DNA of 64,000 nucleotides from Geosiphon pyriformis uo1 (Eukaryota > Fungi > Glomeromycota). The first letter of the stretch is position 1. Every line of letters begins with the position of its first letter. The notes beneath the pieces were generated by a model. That model saw only the letters and a list, made by a program, of their open reading frames with translations, ran no database searches and was not told where the DNA came from. Positions 23,472 through 36,017 of the stretch are shown piece after piece. The translations under genes were made by a program, and so were the position numbers. Location: assembly GCA_016748015.1 (NCBI GenBank), contig JAAOMT010000617.1, forward strand, positions 504,635 through 568,634, read 5' to 3'.

Positions 23472-25495
23472 TAATGTAAGCTGGAGTTTCCATGAGATTT
23501 TTAACAACCAGATTTTTGTACTATTTCTGGTGGTTTCAACTTTGGAGAATTCTTAAAAACTTTAGTCATTGTTTTTAGTAGTTGATGTGAATGCTTTATT
23601 TGGATTCAGAACAAAATCAATCTTGGCTTTTTTCTTCTTACTTGTTAATTCAGAAGTGTTGATTGCTAGTTCATCCATGTTATAGTCATCATTAGTTAAA
23701 TTAAAAGCATAAAAGAGGTTTTTTTCTGGTTGGCTTGCACTTTCATCCTTTGAAGGTGTGCCTACTAGTTTAAAGACTGATAAACAGTGACTTTAACTAA
23801 GGAATTCTCTCCAAAGAAATTGATGTTGGCATGATTGGGTTTTTAATTGGGACATTGTTGTTGATGGTTCTGTTGTTTTAATTGTTATTGTTTCTAAGAG
23901 CTAAAGGAGGCAGAAGAGGATAGTTGCAATCTTTGAAGAAATGTTCAGTTAATCCACAGCAATAACACACAAATAAACCATAATTTTGTTGCCTTTAATA
24001 AGGAGATTGCTGAAGTTGATTAAAATGGGGTTCAAATCTGGATTTTTGTGGTTGTTGATTCTCTCTAACTGCTTGGGCTAAGGTTTCTAGTAACTAGGCA
24101 AGATTAGCTGTAAGTCTATCTATTAACTGTTCATTTGGGTCTTAAGTTTGGGCAGCAAAAGAGATAACAGCCATTTGAAAAGCAGAAGCCATAACAAAAG
24201 CAGGAGCAAAAACTGGAAGTGTAAATCCTAAGTGCATTCTTTGATTGTCTTCTATTTTCTGGGCAAGTTCAATGGCCATATTTATTGTGGAATTGTCTTT
24301 CAAAACCAGAAGGGGCCAAAGAGCATAGAAAAGATCAGTTTTCAATCTTTTTATAAAGGAATAGATTTTTTGCTCTTTTGTTTAGTTCTTTCCAAAGTCT
24401 ACTTGCTTGATTAATTTTCTGATTGCTTTGGCATACTCAATTACAATTCTACCAGGATCTTGGGTTCTTCTTTCTAATTCCATGCACCATTTGGATATTA
24501 GAATAGGAGTTCTAATTTTAGTTTCAAACTGGGTTGTGAAAGAAGTGTTTTCTTCTTTAACATTTGTTGATGCCCATTTAATAATTCTTTGGTAAGCACC
24601 AGCATTAGTTTTTTGTAAGAACCAAGTAGCAGAAGAGCTTTGAAGGTAGCCACCAATGATTTGGAATTTATACTCAGCATCATATTGATTGACAGTAATT
24701 GCTCTTTCAAAATCATTTAATCATTCAATTGGGTCTTGTGTATTACCTCTAAATAAAAGTAATAAAATATTGTTTCTTTGTCCTAAAGCAGTTTATATGT
24801 CTTGAAAAGTGATCAAAATGTTTTGTTGTATAGAGTTATTAGCCATTGGTTCAGAAGTAGCTGTTTGTGTAGAGTGTTCTGATTTACTTAAAAAGAGATC
24901 AAAAGCAGGAGCAGTTTGATAGCTTTCTTTTTCTGTTTCAAAAAGTGTTTCAGATAGCTGATGGGCAGCAATCCAGATATGAATTTGGTAATTCAAGTAT
25001 TCAGAATCAGAGAACTGTTGTTCAAAAATTGTTGAATATAAAAGCTAATTGATACTGTTGTTTTTTTCTTTAAAGTTGTTTTCAAAATAAGCTTGGTCAA
25101 TAGGTTGTATAAGTTGTATAGGTTTCAGCTGAATGCTCATTTAGGAACCAGTTCCAAAAGTTTTGGAATTGTTTACTGAATTGTTCTTCAATAAAGAAGC
25201 AAATCAAGCAGGAGGGCAAAAGATTGAGTTCAATAAAGTTTAGATTGTTTTTGTTGTGTGCTTTAAAGTGTTTTTTTGATTGTTGTGGCAAGTATAAATA
25301 ATTACTTATACAATAAAAAACAAAGTGGATTTTGACAATCTCACAGAGAGCATCACTTTTATATTACAGGTTGGAGTAACAAGCTAATGAATAGCAAGAG
25401 AGAACAAGATTGTAGAGTAATAAAAGGAATCAAAGGGAATTCAACTTTAAAGAGCAAATTGAATGAGTATAGATTCAATATGCGAAATCAGTCTC
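23472..25495 (-). mobile_element. Gypsy-B copy B2 fragment (partial 5' LTR 25362-25495, PBS, gag)
   Basis: Reverse complement of B gag; LTR cut by a poly(T) tail. Confidence 0.9.
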
Positions 25496-25654
25496 TTTTT
25501 TTTTTTTTTTTGTTAACATGTAGCCATGCTGATTATTTATTAGTTATATTCACAGTAATGTGGTACTTTCATAAAGCTAACTTACTTAATAATACAAAAA
25601 TTACAAGATGTGGCTAACTACAAGCAGAAAGCTCTAACTACATGTTAATACTAC
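25496..25654 (-). mobile_element. 3' end and poly(A) of a second half-LINE copy
   Basis: T16 plus ~145 nt closely matching the reverse complement of 38310-38455. Confidence 0.85.
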
Positions 25655-28348
25655 TATTATAATTGAAACTTATACTTCTTATTAATTATTACATGTATTA
25701 GCCATTGATGTTATATAAATTAGCCACTTTATTTTTAGAAAGTAATCATTGACCACTTTTTATAGCTATATAAGTAATGAATCTCTTAGCTGTAGAAAAA
25801 CATGTAAAAATCAAGAAAATAAAATAAATAAAATAACAACTTTTATCTCAATTATTCTCTTATTACTAATTTTTTTTTTCCCTACTTTCAAGTATCTGAA
25901 CATCTTGGAATAAAAGATCACTTGTTGGTTATTTTTTATCCTTTTCTTGAAACATTTAATTGTAGTATTTGAAGATTATTAAATAAAATGTAACTAAAGA
26001 GTACATTTAATACCTAATATTGAATTCTAAGAGTGTCAATATAAGGCATAGAATTATACCAGTGTGTATTCATTTGTTGACAATACGAACTATCTCTCTA
26101 CCTTCAGATTCCTCAGTTATCTTTTGAAAAGTATAGTGACTGAAATATTTTATAAGACTGATCTCACACATTGAATCCATATTCATTCAATTTGTTCTTT
26201 GAATTTGAATTCTCTTTGATTTTTTTCTCTTGCTATCTGTTAGCTTGTTATTCTAATCCATAACATAAAAGTGGTGCTTCTTGTGAGGTTTTCAAATTCC
26301 TATTGTATGGGTGATTATTCATACCTAGCACAATAATCAGAAAAACATTTTAAAAAATAATCTAGACTTTATTGAACTTAATTCTTTGCTCTTCTGCTTG
26401 ATTTGCTTCTCCATTAAAAAACAATCCAGCAGATAATTTTAAGACTTTTGGAACTGGTTTCTGAATAAGCATTCAGCTGAAACCTATACAGCCTACACAA
26501 CTTATTATTTTGACCAAGCTTATTTTGAAAACAACTTTGAAAAAAGAAACAACAGTATCAATCAGCTTTTATATTCCACAACCTTTAAACAACAGCCCCC
26601 TGATTTCAAATATCTGAATCATCAAATCCATACTTGGATTACTGCCCATCAATCAACTGAAACTTCTCTTAAAACAGAAGAAGAAAGCTATTAAACTGCT
26701 CTTGTTTTTGATCTCTTTTCAAGTGAATCAAACCATTCTACTCAAACAGTAACTTTTGAACCAATGGCTAATAATCTTATACAACAGAACATTCTGATTG
26801 CCTTCCAAGGCATACAAACTGCTTTGGGAAGAAGAAACAACACCCCATTACTCTTGTTTAGAGATGATACACAAGATTCAATTGAATGGTTGGACAACTT
26901 TGAAAAAGCTGCCACAGCCAACCAATATGATAATAAATATAAGTTCCAAATCATTGGTGGCTATCTTCAAAGCTCTTTTGCTACTTGGTTTTTACAAGAA
27001 ACCAATGCCAATACTCAACAAAAAATCATTAGCAAATGCTGGAGAAGACAACACCTCTTTTACTACCCAGTTTGAAATGAAATTTAGAACTCCTATTTTG
27101 ATATCTAAATGGTGCATGGAATTAGAAAGAAAAATCCAAGGTCTTGGTAAAGCTATAACTGAATATGCAAAAGCAATCAGAAAGTTAATTAAGCAAGTAG
27201 ACTTTGAAAAAAACTGGACAGAAGAACAAAAGATTCATTCTTTTACAAAAAGATTAAGAACAAATCTGTCCTATATTCTTTGGCCCCTTCTGGTCCTGAA
27301 AGACAATCCCACAATAAATATGGTTGTTGAATTTGCCCAATAAAATAAAGACAACCAAAGGATGCATTTGGGATCTACACTTTTAGTTTTTGCTTTTGTT
27401 TCTGTTATAGTTCCTGCTCCTTAAATGGCTGCCACTTCTTTTACTGCCCAAACTCCAGATCCCAATGAACAATTAATAGATAGACTTACAGCCAATCTTG
27501 TCTGTTTATTAGAACTCTTAGCTCAAGCAGTCAGAGAAAATCAACAACTCCAAAGATCCAGATTTGAACCCCATTTTAATTAACCCCAGCAACTCTCTTA
27601 TTAAAAACAACAAAATTGTGGCCCACTTGTGTGTTATTACTGTGGATTAACTGGACATTTCTTCAGAGATTATAACATTCCTTCTCTGCCTCCTTCAGCT
27701 TCTAGAAACAATGACAATCAAAATAACAGAACCATTAACAACAATGTCTCCAACCAAAGACCAAATCATGCCAACATCAATTTCTTTGGAGAGGATCCCT
27801 TAGTTGAAGTCACTGTTTATTAGCCTTTAAACTGATAGGCATATCTCCAAAGGATGAGAGTACAAGCCAACCAAAAGAAAACCCCTTTTATGCTTTTAAC
27901 CTAACTAATAATAACCATGACATGAATAAACTAACAATCAACACTTCTGAATCAACAAGAAAGAAAAAGAAAGCCAAGGTTAATTTTGTTATAAATCCAA
28001 AGAAAGCCTCCACATCAACTGCTGATAATAATAAGCCCCCAAAGGCTAAAGTTTTTAAAAATTCTCCAAAGTTAGAACCTCCAGAAATAGTACAAAAATC
28101 TGGCCCAACACACATTATATTTGGCCAACTAATGACTCAGAAAAGATCTTCACAAATTATTAATACCAAAGAAAAAAACACCAAAGACAAACAAACACCC
28201 ATGCCAATTTGGATTTGCTGACAACAACAATGTTACTCCTCTCATTTGTAAAGCCCAAGTAGCTGGTTATTTTATTGATCTGATCCTGAATAGTAGATCA
28301 TCTGTTAGCATCATTGCCAAACACTTCTTAGAAGCAATTGGCAGAAAG
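25655..28348 (+). mobile_element. Gypsy-B copy B3 (5' LTR 25655-26265, PBS 26272, gag, start of protease)
   Basis: B LTR with decayed start TATTATAATT; gag pieces; cut at LEAIGRK by LINE-beta. Confidence 0.9.
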
Positions 28349-28478
28349 GAAAAAAAACTTTTTTTTTTTTTGCCTGCTACCACAAAATTTACTATGCCTC
28401 AAATTTAGAAAAATAGTTTTTGCCAAAAGATACTTTTAGTTATAGTACACCTTTATTATTATTATACCAGTCTTTAAA

Positions 28479-30758
28479 GTGTCTAACAACAATACTAATA
28501 GTAAAGTAACAACAGTCATAAACAGAGGTACAAGCAAAGATACTACTAAGAATATAAACCAAGTGGAAGAAAATTCCACTGTCAATACAGAAAAGGAAGG
28601 AAATAGCACATTCATACCAAACCAAATGCCAGTCAAAAAAACAAGATCTACAATATCTCCATTCAGATTTGAACATAACAGTATAACAATTGGAAGTGTA
28701 AACACAAGTAGTAAAGATAACACACCTTTTAGAATTACAAATACATCAAAGAGAACAGCCTCATACTGAAGAGCAGCTGACTTTTCTCCACTAACAGGCA
28801 ACAGACTAGAAGAAAAACCCAATAAAAAGTACAAACACTTGGAAAAAATAAGTGTGAAAGGCCTAACAGAGAGATTTAACCAGGTTATTGAAAAAAAACT
28901 TACTAATAAAACAACAAACCAAACCAACAATTTTGTCTTGTGACCAATGTTCAACAAAGAAGGTAACAGTAATAAGTTTCAAATGGAAGCCTGAACTGGT
29001 GAAAAGGGGGCCTCAAAGTACCTGAAAAAATTGAATAGACTATCTAAATTGCTTATTGAAGATGTTGAAAGAGCAGCACAGATTGAAGCAGCTCTGAAAA
29101 AATACAACCCAGAAATTCTGGACATAATCAACAAAGGGAAATTTGTAAAAAAAACTGATAAGCAAATGGACAATCTATTTGAGACAAACAAAGATATAGC
29201 CAATCTGAAAAGAACTGCAGAGAACATGGAAGATTCTGAATCAGATGTATCAAGCAGAATGCTAAGCCCAAGTCTGGGCCAAAAAAGTAACAAATTATCT
29301 GAGAAAAATGTCATATCTACAGAAGCAAATCAAGAAGAAGGTTGGAGGACTGTTGTTCATGGCACCAAGAGACATGTTCTGTTTGTGCAGATATTGGACA
29401 TACCAGAAAAGAACATGAAAAAGAAGGTGGAGTGGATTTATAATTTGTTGAAGAATGTCAGTTATCTTTTGGGGGCTGTAATGGTAAGAAACCAAGAAAT
29501 TAGAATAGATTTCTCCCAAATTGCTAAAAGAGATCAAGCTAGGAAGATCTTGGCAGATGCAGATATTGAGTCATTTTTGATGGCAACTAATAGCATTGCC
29601 AATCAAATGGCTGGTCAAAAGAAGGTTCTAGTTAGAAATATTTCCTTGGGTATTTCTGACAGAGAGGTTGGAACTGCCATGAAAAAATTTGGAGAGGTTA
29701 AAAAAATCCAAATCAAAATGGCTGGAAAATGGCAGTCAGCAGTGGTTGAATTCAACAACCAAGAAGAGGTGACTAGAGCTGTAGATCAATGGTTGACTCT
29801 AATCAGGAAAAATGCAGTTAGAATCTACCCAATGATAGGTACTCAAAAGATTATTAAGCAGAGAAAAACCTGGAAAGCTAAGCTAGTTGGCTTATCACAA
29901 AACTGTACTGCCCACTATCTGAGTACCACTCTGGACCAAATCAAAGCCTAATCTTGCTTTATTCCAAGAACTAGCAGAAATTACACCAGAATGGACTGTG
30001 CTTACATAGGATTTGATAGTGAAACCAGTTGTTACAATGCTACCAGTAAGCCTTTGGTGATTGGAGACACTTTGATTCACTGAGTACTCACTGATGCTAA
30101 AGAATGTTATTTTTGTTATCAGATAGAACACTTGGTTTCAAATTGTCCTACTTTACTTAAAAAAAAAGAGGAAAATACCAAGAAAGTTACCAATAACATA
30201 CAATTGACCAAATTGTATGTTAAAAAGAATATACCAGAAGAACCCATTAAGGTCTTTGGGGGAAAATCATATGTTGAAATGGTGACACTAAATCCATCTA
30301 ATAATAGGAACAATGCAAACTCAAGTGGGTCCCAAAAAGCAGGCTTACAAGTAAACAACAAAGAGGGACAACAAAAAAGAGGAGCAGAACAGCCATGGAA
30401 GTCCGAAATTGATGAACTGAGACAACAGGTAAATAAGATGGCTAAACTACTAAATGCTATAGCTTCCAAACTTGAGGTAATAGTGGAAAAAAAAAATGAA
30501 AACAAAGTGGTGATTTATCCATCAAGCCACATATCAGAAGAAAAAAAAGAAGGGGGTAATAAAAAAGTGAAACAGAATATGTCCTCTAGACATAACTTAA
30601 AGGAGGGAAAAAAGGCATACAATCCAGAGAAAAAAATCAATAAAATCAAAAAGGTCCTGGAATCTATTATGATACTGCTAAAACAGGTGGAGAAACAGGA
30701 TAACTGGAATGATGCTATGATTGGAGAATCTAAATCTATAGAAACAGATGATGTATAG
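28479..30758 (+). pseudogene. LINE-beta ORF1 (RRM x2, CCHC, coiled coil)
   Basis: VLVRNISLG..WQSAVVEF, CYFCYQIEHLVSNC. Confidence 0.85.
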
Positions 30759-32430
30759 GACATCCAAATTTAATTTAGAACAGAACATTGCCAATAATAA
30801 TACTTGGAAAATAGGAACTATCAATGTTAGAAGACTTAACAATCCTGGCAAAGCTAAAGAGATACTACAATAGATTAAGGACAAACAGTTTGATTTTGTG
30901 GTCATTACAGAAACTAAACTGACTCCACTCAAAGAAAAAGGGGTGTTTTTTGGTACTGAGGAATATCATGCCTTTTGGAAGTCAAACACTGAGAAACAAA
31001 TGGGAACTGGGATGAGTATACTGGTTAAAAAATGTTGGACTCACCATGTGAAGATAATCAAGAGTTATTATGGAAAACTATTGCATCTGGTATTGAAATT
31101 TAGGAGTAGAATAAGTGTACATGTAGTTGGGTTGTACATGCTTGTTTTCAAATCAACTACTGAAAAAGCAGTGGCAAAAGAGATCAGAAAGCTTTTAGCA
31201 GACATTGTGCAGAACAAAAAAATTGTCATAGTGGTAGGCGATTTAAATGAAGATCTGGCATTCAAATCACTTGAAGAAACATTTGCCACAAACAAGAAAA
31301 AAAATTGTCTCACTACAACATTGCTGCAACACATGAATCTGGTAAATACACATGGAATGTATGCAGTAAACAATCCAGATAATACATGGACATCAAATGG
31401 AATACAAAAAAGATTAAACTATGTGTTTACTAATGTTGTTACAGCCTCATTAGTCACAAATATTGGGGTAATTGATGTTAATGAAATATTTAGCACTGAT
31501 CACAAAGCAGTAGTAACAATCATTCAATCTAATAAAATCTTGGCAGGCACTAAAAAATCTAGATCTGGAAGAAAAAAGTATAGTACAACTATGATTGATG
31601 TTAAAAAAGCATCTGGAGTTCAATGGAAGATCTATGCAAGAGAAACTGATTAACTAACAGATAAAGCACAAAGAAAATCAATAGATAACAGCAATGATAA
31701 TCTAAACCAGATGTGGTTTACAATCAAGAAAACTGTGTTACAAACTGCTGAATGCCTACCAAAAAGGAAAGTGGGAGTCCAATCTGCACACACAAAGAAA
31801 AAATGCATGGATTACAAGCTTGTTAAGATTGTTGCTGATATAATCAAACAAATAAGAGTAAACAATGCAGATATGTATAATAACAATGTAATACAGCTCT
31901 TGGCCAAATAAAAACAGTTGAAACCTGAGATGATTGATGCATATCTAATAACTCTCCCAAAAGATAAGCTTATTATAGAATTACTGAGCATCAAAAAAGA
32001 ATACAGATCTACACTGCATGCCAAGATCAGACTACAGCAGCAGAGGCAGATAGTGGACAATATTATCAAAAAACAACAGAACTTTGAGCTAAGCAAAGGA
32101 TTAATAATCAAAAGCATTATGACAAAGAATAGTACTAGACCATGTTATTGAAAAAGGCGAATTTTATGATGATCCTGATGAAATCAAAAAGCTAGTAAAC
32201 AAAAAAGCTCAAGAGTAGACTAGAACAAGAATTCTTGAACCTGAACTATGGAAAAGTTGAGAACACAGGTTTAAGCCAATTAAGAGCATTCCAGATCATG
32301 GCTTTGATGATGTGATGGCTGAAATAACAAATGAGAAATTCGAATACATATTAAGCCACACACCTCATAACAAAGTCCCTGGCCCATTAGGCATACAAGC
32401 TGAACTTTGGAGAAAGGCTAGGTCTAATAC
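30748..32430 (+). pseudogene. LINE-beta ORF2 N-terminal half (APE endonuclease, linker)
   Basis: IGTINVR, ITETKL, VGDLNE, RLNYVF, STDHKA. Confidence 0.9.
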
Positions 32431-35400
32431 TTTTTTTTTTTTTTGTTAACATGTAGCCATGCTGGTCTTTTATTAGTTTAGTCATACTCAAAAAGCATGG
32501 CTTTTTCATAAAACCAACTTACCCAATAATTTAAATTACAAGATGTGGCTAACCACTAAGTGGTTATGCCTAACTACATACTAGTATAACCAAAAAACTT
32601 AAGGAGTATTACACTATTACTTAAAGTAATTTTACTACCCAAAACATCAATCAATATCTTATTACAACTTTGTATCCATCACTCTTTCTAATATTGGAAT
32701 TACCACTACTATTACCATTATTCTTTGGTGTTTTGTGTACACTGATTACTTGTGATGATTTTCTTTTGACCCTGTTATCAATACCTACTGATTTTTCCCA
32801 TTCAGTTTGCGACTTGTAGCATTCTTTTCACAATCTCTTCCTTACTTGAGTTACTGCCCATTTAGACACCTTAATTAAAATATTATTGTTAGCCCTTTGA
32901 TCAATATTAGAAAAGACATTGATTCTTCCGAATTGCTTATTGATTAATCTTTTGTATAGCAAATCTATAGTGGGTGTTGACTGGATGTACTCATTAGACA
33001 GAAAAACCTTTTTGCCAGGATCCAAGATTTTATGTTTTCTTTTCACAGCCTTTGATAGGCATTGCATCCACTCATTTCTCATATCATCTATCAGCATCTT
33101 ACCTATTTAAGTATTCAGAGAGTATTTCCAAAAATGTTGGTTGGTTTCTATTTCTGTATGGCATGTTTTGCACAGGTTGTTCAGATACACCAAAAGATGT
33201 CTGTTGTATAGCACTTCTGTTGTTGGCAGCATGTTGTGGAATGATTTTATGATAAATGTACATATTGCTAAAGAACCAGCTAAGATAAAGCCTGATGACA
33301 TTTTACCATTCCAATTCCACACTTTGGTTGTGCACTTCCAGTCTACCCCCTGGTCCAAAGATTTCACTATCTCTTGCACTTTGTTATTGCCAATCCAATC
33401 TAAAGCTCCTTGAATTTCAGTCTGTTGGTTCAGAAAATGTCTGATATTCAGATCCAATTCTACTTCTTTGCAAAAGGGAATGTAACTAATATTCCTAGCA
33501 TTATAAATCCAATCCACTATGTCAAAAGCAGTAGCTTCTTTGGCTAATTTGTCAGCCATCTCATTTTCGGCTATTCCAGTATGTGCAGCCACTTTGTTTA
33601 TGTTGAGTTCAATTTCTTTTTCACTTATTACTGTCTTGATTGCATTCTATGTATACCAGTTAGGAGTTTTGAGCTGATTCCTAATAGACATGAGAGATTT
33701 TTTGGACAACCATCTTTGAGCTGTTGATACTACTGCTCGACTGTCTGTGTTCAATGTCAGTTTACATTTGTAAGGTACTGCTTTCAAAGCCAGTAACACA
33801 GCTTTAGCCTCTGTTTTTGTTGATGACAATATTCTATCAACTGCTATACCAAAGTTGGCCTCTATTCCATGTGTTACAAAGGCAGCTGCTCCCCTAACAT
33901 CTTTGGAACCAGCTTTTACCAGTGATCCATCTGTTAATATTTCAATTTCCTTTTTGAGCCTCAACTTATTACATACCCTTCTCCATTGTGGTAATAGAGT
34001 GTCAGGAATTTGTATGTAAATAATATTCCTTTGTATTGTTTTCATGCCATCTGGTATTAGGTTAGTTATTTTGTGCATTCCCAATGCTTCACATTGAACT
34101 ACATTAATTTTTCTGTATTCATTTATAGTAAGTGTGGTCTCTAATGTCTTAAACCATTTGGAAATTCTATCACTGTCACTTTGTTTGTACTTCCTTGTAA
34201 AGTCCATCTATGTTATTAGTAATTTATCTTTGTTCTGTACCTGATGCAAATACAAAATGTTTTTTTTCCTTAATAAGCCTTTAACTTTAGTGTAGGTTGC
34301 ACATGAAGCCAAAACAGTCTCAATTAAGTGTGCCTGTAATCTTAAAGACTCAGGTATCCCAGATGTGTTATCAGAGCTTTTGAATGAGATGCCACTTTTT
34401 TTCATTATCTGTATGATGTTTGCTATAAGATTAACTCCTGGCTTAGATCATTCATTAGTGGGATATTCAAGTATACTATGAGCTGACCATTTTAGAGTCT
34501 GCAGGTTGGCTTGTTGCCATTTCAGCAATATCATTACTGTTCAGTCTAATCAACAAATCTATGATCTTGTTTTTTGCTTGTATATCATCAACTCTGAACA
34601 AGTTGTACAATAATGAGTGATGCATAGCACTGACCAGGAAATCTACTAAGAGGTTTGCTTTTTTTTTCACAGTGGCTGAGATTTTTGAAGTCCATCTCTT
34701 GGCCCAACTGTTTGGTATATGAGTTAATTAAAATTTAAATTCTATTGTTGAACTGAGTATACTGTTGAAAATGTAAATTGCCTGTTTTTCAGTAATGTGT
34801 TTTTTTCTAATAACTCCACACACTGCTTTAATGTCAGAACCTATCATTTTTAGCATGGTTTCATTTTTTCCATCTGCTCTAATCTATACTCCCAAATATC
34901 AGGTGCATGTAGACGGATCCAGCAATTTCAAGGTTTGTTTGTTTGGACCAAACTTCAGTGGCTCAACCAACACTAACTTTTTTTTGGAGAGTCTGACCAC
35001 CATTGTTTCAGTCTTATCTAAATTGATCTCAATATCCACCATTCTAAAGAAGGAGCTGGTTGTGTCCAGAATACTCTGCATTCCTAGTCTTGAGTTAGCT
35101 ATCCACACTGTGTTATCAATGAAGACCAGGTGGTTTACTGATGCTATTAGGGATTGTGTGTCTGCTTGATTGTCCCACTTTTTCCATTCAGCTGTTAATT
35201 TGTATTCTTGGCTGTAATTGGCTTGTTTTACTTCACACATTAAGGGGTCATAGAAGATCCTCCACATAATGGGTAAGCTTGTTTTCTCCTGATCCAGTCT
35301 ATCCTGTACTTGATATTTATCACTTAATCCAAACTTAGTAATGATCCTATTACTTCTATTGTTGTACATCAAGCAAAATACCTCAGTAAACCTATTGTTC

Positions 35401-36017
35401 ATTTTGATTTTTTTTAATGCAGCTTCTATGGGTTTCTATTTCACTGAGTTGTATGTTTTTTTCATGTCCTGAAATGTAATCCAAGCCTTATTACCAAATT
35501 TCCTTGCATGCTCAGCAACAGCATTAATCACATGAATTGGCACCACTGTAAAGGTATTCTTTAAAACTGAGGTGTTGTAACCTTTTAGAATATTGTGAAG
35601 CTCACATGCTTTTGATATTTTTGCAGTAAGAATCTTTGTTAAGATCTTTCTAGTGCTTTCAATGAGTGTGATCAGCCTGGTGATGTCAATATTGCCACCC
35701 CATTCTTTTGGCTTTGGAATCAGTATGACTTATGCTATTTTCCACTCCTTAGACATGTTTGCCACTTTTATACAAGCATTAAGCAATGTTCTCAGTTTGA
35801 ACTTGGTATTAAGCCCAGCCTTCCTCCAAAGTTTAGCTTGTATGCCTAATAGGCCAGGGGCTTTGTTATGAAATGTGTGGCTCAATATGTGTTTGAATTT
35901 CTTATTTGTTATTTCAGCCATCACATCATCAAAGCCATAATCTGGGATGCTCTCAATTGGCTTAAATCTGTGTTCCCAACTTTTCCATAGTTCAGGTTCA
36001 AGAATTCTTGTTCTAGT
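32431..36017 (-). mobile_element. LINE-beta copy 2, 3' part: RT, RNase H, CCHC, 3' UTR, poly(A)
   Basis: T14 at 32431; LVFIDNTVWIA RT motif; ILTDGS..TEAKA..NTDS..AHTG..NEMAD RNase H; CKTC..ETNQH. Confidence 0.93.

Larger units (their letters stand above)
28349..32430 (+). mobile_element. LINE-beta copy 1 (5' half)
   Basis: ORF1 28479-30758 and ORF2 from 30748; inverted homolog of 61203-64000 and 35800-36017/38456-38726. Confidence 0.92.

Noticed and set aside
28349-36017. Opposed LINE-beta segments as a twin-priming inversion or a TIR DNA transposon
   Set aside because: The segments overlap in homology, differ at many sites and meet at a poly(A) tail, so they are two independent copies
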